DNA of 64,000 nucleotides from Raillietiella orientalis (lineage: Eukaryota), in assembly GCA_036172245.1 (NCBI GenBank), contig JAYWIR010000022.1, positions 992,001-1,056,000 of the forward strand, given 5' to 3'. Position numbers and translations under genes: made by a program. Positions 40,111-51,320 of the stretch are shown piece after piece (the stretch's first letter is position 1; each line of letters begins with the position of its first letter). Below the pieces are notes generated by a model. It had not been told where the DNA came from. It saw only the letters and a list, made by a program, of their open reading frames with translations, and searched no databases.

Positions 40111-41479
40111 TCGGTAGGCTTGTGCAAGTAGTATTCATGGGCGAGCAATAATTCTGTACATTTCATAATCTCAACAGTTTGCAACAGCCTCTGTTTGGAG
40201 GTGTCATTGCTGCTTCTTCTCCGAATAGTAACCTGTTCTGCATATATTTGTCTCCTTTTACACTGATTCATTCTTCCTGCTGCACTGCTTTCTTTCCGAT
40301 CACTCTTCTATGATAGAAGTCTTCATTTCGAATAGTATCTTGCAAGTTTCTCAGACTTTGCTGTTTCCTAAAGGTATGATCCTATCATTGTGCATCTTAA
40401 AGTGCTTACAGTTTTGATGAGCAGCAAAGTTGTCTTCATGCCAGAGTCTCGAAGTTGCACTCTTCATTCAAAAGTGTCTCATCTTATTCTTCCAAGTTTA
40501 GATTGGGTAATAAGCCTCTCGTTCTTACGGAGGGAAGAAAAACATTACGGAGCTTTTTTCCTGCAGCTTCCTAACTACTGCTGATGAAAACTAAAGTGCC
40601 TTTCCTCTTCTGCGTACTCGTCGGGTGTCGATGAGTGTAGATTCAGAGGTGTAGGCAGAGATTCACTTCGAGAGAAGACAGAAAGAGAATCGAGGCATCA
40701 TCAGCCTGGTCAATTAATAATCGTTTCGTGGAACTCTTGGAAGCTGATTTCTCTACACGACGCTGCTTGGGCATCGCTATCTATTTGTGCGAATTTTTTC
40801 TTGCCAGAAACACAGTTCTACTTAGTAGATTTCTTATTAGCTACAGAACAACTGAGGTTTACTTTATGTCGAAAACTCAGAAATGCAGAAGGAAAGTCCC
40901 TGAAGTTTCGCATCATCTTTTTTCAGTCTTTCCTAGGCTCTGTCCACTTCTCTTTCCGGAGCGAGCCTCCATCTGAAACACTTGTTGCCCCCCTACTCTG
41001 TTCCTTGCTTTTGTTTGCCTGCCCTCTTGAATTCGGTGAAGATCCAGGAGCAGAGCTTCCTGAGAAAAACTCTGTCTGGCGCTGCAACGTCCCGGATGCG
41101 ACTGAAAGACTTGGTGGCGCCGCGCCAGGATGCCGACTTAGGATCTTGAGCATTTACAAGATCGAAATGTCAAAACTGCATTTGCAGTTTCGACTTTTGA
41201 CACGTTGTGCCAAATTGTGGACTTGCCACTAGTATGCTTCGGCAAGCTACATCTTTCGGTGAGGCGCTGGAAGCGCAGGACTTCTTTCTCTACTGCCTCG
41301 TAGGATGACTCCTTTCCTAGGTTTCGGCTATCACGTGAGGCATCTGTCATCATTGCTGGAAGCTCACCTGTGGATCTTCAGCAGGCCTAAAGACTAAAAT
41401 GCATTGCGGTAGGGGTCCAGGGTTGCCACTCTGGAAGAGCTCCCAGGGGAACTTCGTCCACCGCGGAAACTCCTATGGA

Positions 41480-41700
41480 GTTTCTAGATCTTCTGCAGGA
41501 CTGAACGCAGTAGTCCTGGATAACTATCTTGATCCTTGTCGCAGAGCTGTCTATTCTCAGGGCAAACAGTGACAGCATCCAATCGGTGCGGTGGGAGTTG
41601 TTCTGAGACATTGCAAAAGTCGAGAAACTCCTGGAGGACTGCAGTCTGCAGACGAGCAAGCTGGTGAACATTCCTCGTTCCCAGGCAAAGGAGCTTCGGT
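41480..41700 (-). mobile_element. RTE-like endonuclease relic
   Basis: LCLGTRNVHQL..HRLDAVTVCPENR (cf. LriGTWNVrtL..iDi.alqEtR). Confidence 0.45.
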
Positions 41701-44459
41701 GGAGTGACCTTCTCGGTGTGTCCCTCTAACAACTCGCATCTCCTTCCCTGTGTGTGGACACCTCCGCGCTCCCGCTCCGGTGGAAACAGGATGTTTTGCT
41801 GTTTCCTCACTGTGGGTTCCAGTGCAATCATCACAGGCACGTGCTTCCCAGGGGAGTTGCCTCCTCGAACTGTTTAAGGTGCGGGACGATAAAACCCTTC
41901 CCGCACCTTCTGTTGGACTGCAATGCATCCCTGGTGGACATGTGGCGTCGACCAGCCTTGCGTTCCCGCCACTGAGACGGACTTACTGCAGCGCTTCTTT
42001 ACTCAAAGCGGGCTGAAGACGGGTGCCGTGATCGCATCCGCTCCATAGTGACAGTCCGCTCTGTGGTGAAGTCTCGTTCGCAGCAGCGAAAGGAGACCAC
42101 CTGAATAGAAGCCGCTTTGATGAGGATGGCTAAGGGGTGGTGTCACATGCCAGAAGAAGTCATCAGAGAGATCGTCACCATATACAGCTGTTTTTAAGGA
42201 GAAAGGAACGATTGAAACCAAAGACCCCCTGCCCCTATCCTCCCGTTTTTCTATTATTTATTTATTATCCCCTCCCCCCGTTCCCTATTTCCTTAGAAGC
42301 CAGCCAGCATGGCGTTAGTCATCCCCAATGAACTTTTTTTTCTTGGCATCACTTGTATTTAGGGGATGGTACTCCCCTTATTTGTGGTTTCTTTTTCAAA
42401 TAAACGTCCCAACTTGGCCGCGTAAAAACACTCAGAGAATTTCGTCCTGCATCTCTCTTATCTGGAGATTGCACTTAACTGGCTACCTTCAACTTCCTCT
42501 TGCATTCTGATGATGCTAAGCATGGAGGTTACAGCTTCCAGATTCTTCCAATAGAGAGATTTCACATTTCGTCTGTCCCTTCATTTCACTGTTTCTTACA
42601 TTCCTGCTTGCTTTTTTGGCATTCCGTTCTTCCCTCTATTGCTGATCTGTCAGCAGCATTTGAGAGATCAGTAGCAGAGAATTCTTTTTGGTTTCGAAAG
42701 AACGAAAAGCATCCAGATCTGAAACCTATGGGCAAAACTGGGCTACAAAACCTTGCACGTCCGCATCTCGTGAACGCCGATTCCAACGGAATCCATGATT
42801 ACATCATGGTGTCGAAATTCTTCCATCATCACTGAGACAACATCGCTGTACCTGATGCCAAAACCTGCAGGTGGATACACCCGCGTCTTTGGAGTTATTT
42901 GCTCGAGCTGCCAAACTCTTCCCGGTTCCATTTGCTTCGAAACTGAAAGTTATCAGAACAAGATCTCAGGACAAGAATCATTTCCTTGTTCTGACATCTT
43001 CCGGATTTCTCCCCTGATCCTCCCTATTTGTACTTCCGTTTCATCTAATTCTTTCCATCAAAGCTCGAACTTTGCATTTTCGAACGGACACTTTGAATCA
43101 GCTCGCTGATGCTGCATGTGATGGGAACCAAATCATGGCATTGGATGAGCAATGGCTCGAAAAACTCCTGCGAACCACTTAATTGCTAATCTCAAAGAAA
43201 AAAAAAAACTCAATTCCACATGTACAGGAAACAAAAAGCCCTTTAGTACCAATTTCAAATGCTCTGGGTGTTTAATTAAACAAATAATCAATTCACAGCT
43301 GATCTTTTTCTTTCGCTTTTGCTCAGAATTTTTTTTTCCTTCTTCTTTTCTTGAAAAAATAAAGGACATTTTTGGGGATACTGACTGCGTCGGACTGCGA
43401 TCGAAATTGTGCATTCAACTCCACATCTATCTCGAGAAAAACATGGCTTTGCTGTCTTCTGTAGAAGACAAATTGGATTCTGAAACCGGATTCAAAATTG
43501 CAGCAAGTAATTATGTGAATTCAGGGAGGACCTCGAGTGGCAGAGTTGGACAAGAAATTCAGATGATGGAGTTGCTCGGGTAAATCAGGATTCCGGGAAG
43601 CATTTCCAGAGAGAGATTTATGTGCCAGCTGGTTGCTGGACGTTGCTGCTGCTCTGCAACTGAACCTGCAATACATGCAAATGCATCTTTCCAGCTGTTG
43701 CATTCTGGCATGTGTTTTTTTTTTTGCAAGTTAAAGATGAAAATTTCCACCTCACAAAAAAAACTTGCTTTCGCTTCGTCTCCTTGTTGGGAAGATGCGC
43801 GTTGGATGGCATCTAGGGAAATGGCTGTGCAGCTCCAGCTCATTAGCAAGGAAAATTCGGGGAAGGCAATATTTTTGACTGAACACATGACAGGCTCAAG
43901 GTGCTCGGAAGTGTTGTGGGGATGCAGATGCTACCCTACGTCTATAGATCTAGCTTCTTCCACCCGCGGAATCGCGCCGAAATAAAAATAGTTCCCTGGA
44001 GCGGCACAAAGCATTTTAAACTTTTATTCGGAAGAATACACCATCGCGAATTGATGAACAGGAAGGAGAATCGCAAGTAAACCGGAAAACTAGCTGCCTC
44101 CTCGGCGCGACAAGAACTGATAAAATTCATCCGGAAAATGCCAAGTCTTCACGATTCTTCGGAACATTTGCTGTAAACCTAGGTTTTAGGGAAAAAAAAT
44201 ACACCAAGCAAGGCGAGAGACGTGTTGTCAATCATTCCGATATGACCACGGTCGCAACCTACGTACTTGAGGACATGCTCCGTTTTCTCTTTCGAACGGT
44301 TTGGGCTTCGGCGAGCATTCGTAGGGCCGCCTTTCGCTGTTTCCATGCCAATTCTTCCTAAAGCTCGTTTCTTTAATGTGCGTGACGCTGGAATAGGGAA
44401 AAATTGCGGGTTCACAATGATTTGAATGAAAGCCGTGGATTCCATAGGGTCATGGTGCC

Positions 44460-44690
44460 TCACCGAGAAATGGGAAATTGGTAGCGACCGGGGCCTTGTC
44501 AATGAACGCTGGCTTTATGGTTTGTGCGATGGTGATGAAGATAAACAACGCACACCGACTGCTGTGCGTAAGCTTTGCCTTTTCATTGACAAAAGAGAAC
44601 AGCGTGCTAAGCGTAAAACCGTCCTCAGGAGAATTCGTTGAAAGAGATTCGTTCTCTGGTTCATGGATCATGGCCATTTTGTCACAGTGC
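44460..44690 (+). mobile_element. Merlin (IS1016-like) transposase relic
   Basis: RGLVNERWLYGLCD..DKR and GEFVERDSFSGSWIM (cf. RGr.v..qWvfG..er..dR..tL..I..pGS.I). Confidence 0.35.
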
Positions 44691-46129
44691 ATGTTGGTAA
44701 GCTGCTGTGTTGTTCAAAAATCCTATTTTCCCCAAAACTCCCTACGAAGCAGAAAGCAGTGTCTTTAGGACTGCTTACGTAATGTTAGTGGTCCTGATGC
44801 TCTTATTTTTACTGATGTAATAACCACGAATGAATTCACTGCCTAGGATCTGTTCATTTGATTTCCTGCTTAAGGAATTGCATCCAGGAACTCAAGCAAT
44901 CCTATCTTCCTGAATCCAAGTCCTTTACGAAAGTGCACCCATCACGAGTGTCAGGCTGTAATGTTTACAATTTCGCATATGTGATCTGCTTTTCATGCAT
45001 GGAGTAATGATAATGAAACAATAAGAATAATGCGATGCGAATGTGAATCTGGGACCGAGTGTTCGAGGTTTGCAATACGTAAGCAATCGCATCAGTAATA
45101 ATAGAAAAATAGTTCGTCAGTAAGTAATAATAGAAACGCTCTTTGAAGACTAGAAAGTTTAGGATGGACGATTTCCGAACGAAATCGCGGGAGTGCCTGA
45201 GTCATTATGGAATCTGATGGTTTCCCTCGTTTGTAGAGGAGTACCTCGACTTGTTTGCATGACTCATGCGTTCACCGGAACCATCCATCAGTCGAAGCCA
45301 CTGAGTGCATTCCAACCGCACACTCACTTCTTTCATGATACAGTAATTCATGAGAAAATGGAAAGAACATGCCACTTTTAAAGGGCAGTTTTACTCAACC
45401 CTTTGGCAGTCCTCTGCGCGGGTCACTTGGAAAGTCACATGCAGACAGGTCTCGAAACGAAATAAGTTTCAAGTAAACATCACTTCACAATTTCAAGAAA
45501 GATTTTCATCTGCTCTCATTCTAGTAGGTGTACTCGAATCTTTCCTTTATGTCTGAACCGCTGCATTTCGTTCTGAACCGATGAGCAGGTCGTTGGTCGT
45601 AGCTGAAGATGCTCTATTCCAAAGAATGCATGTGATAAGTCAACCTCATAATCGCATTCGAAAACCTGCCTGATTATCCCGAGATGCACGGATATGATAA
45701 CGTACAAACCTATAATAAGTACTGATCAGCTGAACCAATCGGTCTTTCGCTGTAATTTCATAATTCCATCAGTTTCCGAATAGAGAAGAATTTCGCAATA
45801 CGTTCCTGCAAGTAACAGATCTTTCTAATTTCTTTGAAGGGTAAGTTGAAGCAGTCTGATCCAGAATAGAAGTGTTCGTGTTGGAGTTGTGGCGAAGAAA
45901 TTACGTCTTTCCAAGAACGCAGCACTTTAGTGACTCCTCAGGAACTCTGAGGTCAATAATGGCCGTTTTGTTTGACTTTGAGAGCCATTCTCATCCGACA
46001 TCCGCGACAGCAAATCTTTAAATGCCTGGCGTCGAAGATGCATGATCCTTGCTTGGGAAATGTGTTCTTTCTTAAATGCTAGAGCCAAGTGACAAGACTT
46101 ACAAAGAAGTAAAAATTCGTGTATAATGC

Positions 46130-46135
46130 TTTATT
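46130..46135 (-). promoter_or_regulatory. Polyadenylation signal AATAAA of the arrestin gene
   Basis: AATAAA on the minus strand about 70 nt after the stop codon at 46205, followed by a T-rich tract. Confidence 0.5.
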
Positions 46136-46204
46136 ATAAAAAATATCCAGATTTATGTTCACGGCTTAGTCTTTTGTGACCGTGACAATGCTAGAGGTGT
46201 CACT

Positions 46205-46618
46205 CTAACAGCTAGAAGGGCGTCTTGCACAGAAGATGGAATCGTCCGCTGGAAAATCGTCCTCTGTAGAGTAATCAAGTAATTTAAAGGGAACCTTTAT
46301 ATTTAACTTGAAACCCATGCAGCTTAACAGAATTGTGACTTTTACGTAATAAGACACTTTTATAGGGAATATTTTCTCTTTGAAAGGACAGTCAGATTCT
46401 ATTGTACAACAGAGTTTTTCCTTCTTGTCCTCCTTGGTGAAGTCTTCGACCGCAATCCAAGGCTTTTCCCTTAGTATTCCTAATTTCATAACGAAGTTTT
46501 TCAAGAATGTTGAATTCGGCTTGATGGCACAATCTTTGCTCGTGTTAGCAATTCCGACCACGTTCTTGAATTTGCCCTTCGGGAACATGGTCACATCTGT
46601 GAACTGAACAGCAACAAC
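46205..46618 (-). CDS. Terminal arrestin exon (C-domain and C-tail)
   Basis: Acceptor ctaagtctgttttttgtcgtggcag, then VVAVQFTDVTMFPKGKFKNVV..IKPNSTFLKNF..REKPWIAVED..IKVSYYVKVTILLS..VPFKLL..DDSIFCARR..TAG. This matches [59 protein letters not shown]. It joins in phase 0 to the 50198 exon. Confidence 0.85.
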   Translation of the reverse strand, partial: VVAVQFTDVTMFPKGKFKNVVGIANTSKDCAIKPNSTFLKNFVMKLGILREKPWIAVEDFTKEDKKEKLCCTIESDCPFKEKIFPIKVSYYVKVTILLSCMGFKLNIKVPFKLLDYSTEDDFPADDSIFCARRPSSC

Positions 46619-46671
46619 CTGCCACGACAAAAAACAGACTTAGTTAACCGCATCTTAAGAGCATGTCTTAC

Positions 46672-46780
46672 TTTCATTCCATCTTTTCAGTGAAACTGGA
46701 GCGATTGTAAACTTATCACACGAAGTGCAAAACTTGTAGATTACATCCTGTTTTTCAAAATCAGGAGGGAATAAGCCACT
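46672..46780 (-). pseudogene. Possible decayed arrestin exon, 53 nt upstream of the terminal exon
   Basis: A strong donor AAA|gtaaga at 46671 defines a 53-nt intron. Frameshifted pieces FEKQDVIY, YNRSSFTEK and GMK resemble [18 protein letters not shown]. There is an in-frame TGA. Confidence 0.3.
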
Positions 46781-48159
46781 CACGCACATATAAACGGCAA
46801 AGAGGAAATAAACATATAAGGATAGAAAATTCGATCCTTAAGTATTTGTTTCAGTTAAATTTTTTTTTTTTTGAAGAATTTTGGCATAAATTCACACATA
46901 TCAAGTGCTTTCCATTTTTTTATACCAAGCATTTCGAAGCGCGATTCTGGTCGAAGGGAATTTGACGAATGTGTCCAATGTGTTCCGACGTAGAGTTTCA
47001 CCTTTTCCTGAACATGGAAAGAGTACCATCTAGCCCGTTGTCACTTCGCACTGTCGCCGTGGATACTTGAACAAGCTTCTTAGGAACCGCTTTCTTGTTT
47101 GCCAGCGTGTGGCTGTTGCTTGCATTATGCTTCACATTACCATGGACCGGCAATCTCTCCAGGAACCGCCTTGCACGGGCACTGTAGTGAATCTGAGATC
47201 AGGAATGCAGGTACTTCTTCAGGACCCAAAAGCCAAAGCGTGCTTTCCTGGAAGGTTGGGAATTGGGAAAAAGGTCTTGAGGGGAAGGATGGCTCGATTG
47301 TGCTCGGAAGATGCGCAGGCTGATGATGACTAACTATTGCGCGCACTTATGTATTCTTGCTCGGTCGTAATCCCACTTCTTCCTTATCTTGATTGGCTTC
47401 GCTTCAATAGGATTATTTATTTGCTGCATTATCGATTCAGCTATCTATCCGGATCAGAACATGGCTGGTGGATTTACAGTCATGCTACCTCCAGGGATTC
47501 ATCGAGCTGGAGGTCCCCCCAAACAAGAATTAGACCTAAGGAAAATGTGCTGAATTAAAGAATTAGAGTGCATCCTCCCAAAATGTGTTGCAAAGAGTAT
47601 GCACTGCTGAGGAGACACATTCCCAGGTGAAGAGGCTTCGAAGACAACTTCCGAAAATTATCGTTTCATAGGAAAAAATTTTTTTTTTTCCTGGTAATAA
47701 TGACGAAGTGGCTTGGCATGCAAAATTCATTTCAAATTTCAAAATTCCATCCAGGAAGCCATTGGTGGTTATGCGAGGTTGCACGGGATGATCAGGTAAA
47801 TCATCTGGTCGGGTCCACCAGAGCTGCTTCCAGGCAAGATTCAGAGTTCTCTAATGCAAAGAGGGTTCTCTGTTCTAGGAGGTGTCGATAATTTCTTTGA
47901 ATACTGCTTCGCAAAAGACCTTCGTAAAAGTCTTTCTCTCTAGGCTGAGATCACATCCCAGGCTGTGGAAATGAAACTTTAATGGCAGCGGTACTTTCAC
48001 CAGGGTTTCCAGAGAGAATGACTGTTACCCAGCAATTAGCACCCCAAAGGTTCTGTTGGAATGGTCTTTCCATGATTCCCCGTTCCCGGTGGGTGAAGGA
48101 TCACAAGAATGTATGGATGGTCACGTAAGTACGGACAGCTACTCGGAGGACACATCTGC

Positions 48160-48520
48160 AAGTGCATCCCCTCTATCACCAGCTTGATCACTCTTTTGCA
48201 GTGGGGCTCCAAGCTGAGCCGAGGAGACATAATGAGATTTTCACGTCAGGGAGACTTCTTTGCCGACCATTTAAGTTACTTTCGATTCTTCAGAGTTGTG
48301 GGGAGTTGAGCAAATTTGAACGATTTCAACCTGAGAAGATTCACGGAATTTTCTCAAGCTGACAGGAACGGAGAAAAACTTCAAGTTCGCTACAGGAGAC
48401 CCCTGTCTCAGTGAGTTTACAGATTTGCTAGAGGATAGGCCCAGAAAAATTCAGACACGAGCTAGGTTCAGCCCAACTGGAGCTGAAGTGGGTCATCGAA
48501 CAGGACGCTTTCCATCTAAG
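48160..48520 (+). mobile_element. Pao/BEL reverse transcriptase relic
   Basis: LITLLQW..GDIMRFSRQ..DHLSYFRFF (cf. iLlrfR..aDIekmyrQi..Drd.qRFlW) and LELKWVIEQDAF (cf. LGl.W...D.F). Confidence 0.4.
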
Positions 48521-50197
48521 ACGATGGGAAGGGACCGGGAATTTGTATTGGAAACAGAGTAGGGAAGCCAGTTCCAATTGTATTTTGAGGATCAAAGGTA
48601 CGAGCATCATCCCCAAAGATCAGAATCTTCAAGAAAAACTCCGACATCTTCTGAAGCCCAGTTACACAAAACATGCAGTTGGGCATCGGAAGATCATTCA
48701 AAAATTCTCACAGTGCCAACATCTGCGCAAGGCGAGGGAAAAGTGTACAGCTGATAACTGCAGAAATCTTTAAAGAAGAACATCAACAAAAAAAAGTAGC
48801 TGAAGGAGTCCCATCCTCGAGCAGTGAAGCTAGGAATGTGCAACGGCAAAACTGTGCTCCAGCATAGGGGGACATGGCAGAATCATTGCTGCAGCAAACT
48901 CAAAACTCTGTTAATTCCGATATATCTCATCTCTCAAGAGTACTTTTTCAGACAAGTTGAAATATGGCTGAGATGGAAGACACACATTCTTGCCTACTAA
49001 GCTGAATAAACGCAAGTCTGAGCGGTGTGGCACCTCAAGCACAGCATACGAAGCCAAAATATATTCGGAACGCATGTTAACCTCGTAAGAGAACTGAGAC
49101 TGCGAACACGGTTTCTCACTTTCAGGGTCCCTCGCACCAAGTGATGTCTCAGTAACTTGGTAAACGAGATGAGGCCTCAGCAATTGCACTCTACCCCCGA
49201 CATCCTCGTAATCAAGTTACTATAAAATTGACGAACACTCAGAAACTTCATGAAAAGGAGGATAGCCAGCCGTCTTTGTCCTCGAAATCTTGGAAGTTAC
49301 TGAAACGTTCTGCTATGTAGAGCATGCTCTGGTGCTAAGGGGTGCCACCACAACATGTCCTGTTCAGATAAACTGAAAGTTAGAGGTTTGAACCTTCGCA
49401 AAGTGTTCAAGATAAAATAACTGCCTATTGAGAAAAGATGTGACCCTTGGGTCATGGTGCTGTATCCGTCGAGAAAAAAGAAAGATAATAAAGAAGAATA
49501 ACAGAACACCTAGAAATGCAATAAAACGAAGGCTCATTCCTGGATGATAATCATTTACAAAAGAGTGGACTTTCCTCAATCCATTATAGTCTGGATGGTC
49601 TGGGAAAGATGCCTCAGTAGTAGTAAATGGTAAATGAGGAGGAAACAGTGTATGCATCTGCGACCGCATGTATCAACTGAAGACTGCTGTGAGCCAGCAA
49701 CGGAAACAGGAGGATGGTGCACCATACCATGGAAGATTTACGTAGAACTGTTAGAAACAGAAGAGCTAGATCATTTAAAGGAAGAAAGAAAAACAAACGG
49801 AAGAATTCATCACGGGGTGGGTGGGGGACGGACGAGAAAAGCAAATGGGTTAGAACACATCAAGGATCCTCCTCCACAGAATGAGGAGACACACAATGAG
49901 AAGGAGAAAACCGTTTTCTAGCAGTGCTAGTGGATGGGGGAGCAGATTGCTTAAGAATGCCGCAATGCATCACTCATTCTGATATTACTCGCACTCTCCT
50001 TACTCCCGAGAGGTGATGAGAGTGAATTCGGGCGACAAATTCTCGCTTTCAAAGGGGGAAGAACAAAAATGGAACCTCCGAAGTTCCCCTCAGCGCTACT
50101 CTTATTTTCCGTGACTCCGTCCCTAATCCCAACGGAGAGTTAACGACGAAAGGATTTTCAATATTTCAGCAATGGAAGAATCAAGACTGAAATTCAC

Positions 50198-50401
50198 CTT
50201 GAGGGCTCGAATGGATTTCTTCGTCATGTTGCTGATAGTCACCTCCACTTCCACGTCTTCGTCTCGACTGAATATTTCCTTTTTAAGGATGCATTCCGCA
50301 GTCACCTTTCCTTCGAACAGCAAGAATTTCTTCTCGTGGGCTACTCTCGGTGTCAGCGAGACACATGGGGCTGTGTGGTGTTTCACAATACTGATGGACA
50401 G
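50198..50401 (-). CDS. Internal arrestin exon (hinge and start of C-domain)
   Basis: Open frame LSISIVKHHTAP..PRVAHEKKFLLFEGKVTAECILKKEIFSRDEDVEVEVTISNMTKKSIRALK aligns with beta-arrestin [59 protein letters not shown]. Donor is AAG|gtgaat. The 5' edge is uncertain: an alternative acceptor, ccttgttttccag, would start the exon at 50445. Confidence 0.8.
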
Positions 50402-50689
50402 CTGTGCGTAAGTTCTTTGTAAGTGGCGGATACGTATCGTTGGTTCTGGAAAACAAGGGTCGTATTCTCTTCACCATTTGTGACACAGCATCCCTCAATT
50501 CCTCCCCTGCACTCTGGCATATGCCAACTATAAAGTTCGAGCAATGCATGCTATCAAGCATCTTGAGAAATCTTCAATCTAAAACGTCCTAGAAAGAACA
50601 TGGGCACAAGGTGTTTGTTCTGAGATGAAAGTTTGATCTCTGTTCCGGACTTGCTGCGAACTCTGCACAGTGACAGAAATGCCGTCGGT

Positions 50690-51320
50690 TCGCGGGCAGG
50701 TTGCATCGGAAGAAACGAAGGCACATAGCATGGAACGGCTCCTAATATTAAATCGGATCTTTTTTTTTTTTGGTTTTTTGTAAGACTGAGCATTTTAGGA
50801 AGGGCCAGGAGCATGCAAGCAGGTAGAGGGAATTCATGCAACTGTAATCTGAAATCAGACGGAGAAGGTGAAAGAAACGAGCAAACAGGAGCTCAAGTCA
50901 GTGAGACTTTCTGTTCCTTATGAAGTTCAATTACTCTTCTCAGAAGCTCATAGGAGGACAGTTGATCCTCCTATGAGATTTCTCGACTTTGGTTTCATAA
51001 AAATCAGTCAACTGTATAGCTGTCATCCCGACGATGGTGATCTCCTGAAGACGTCACCCACGAACCATAATGGGTCTCGCTCTGGAGTCAGAGTTCCTCT
51101 AGGCGAAATCTTATTCGGAAAAAGCTGCAAGTCATAATAAGCTGGAGCAGTCTTGTGAGTTGACGTCAGCACAGTGCGATGTCGTTGCGCTTTTAGATTC
51201 AGATTAAAACGGAAGACACCTTCTTACCGCTCGCAGAGTATGCCTGCCCGCTTGTCAAGAACAAAGTCGTGATGCTTCATTAGAAGGGTGTATTTCGGTA
51301 GACACCACTTCAGACTGACC
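50690..51320 (-). pseudogene. Decayed or frameshifted arrestin N-domain exons
   Basis: Fragments occur in arrestin order: KYTLLMKHHDFV ending at a gtaag donor at 51227 (cf. KLTVYLGKRDFV); LWFVGDVFR/QEITIVGMT (cf. AFRYGREDLDVLGLT); SLTKNQKK..VPCYVPSFLPMQPARE (cf. LTRLQERL..IPPNLPCSVTLQPGPE). Frame changes are needed to join them. Confidence 0.45.

Noticed and set aside
42635..42670. L2 reverse transcriptase motif IADLSAAFE
   Set aside because: Single isolated motif with no ordered neighbours.
45290..45420. Second HMG-box relic (KPLSAF..LWQS)
   Set aside because: Only a six-residue match, and it needs a frameshift.
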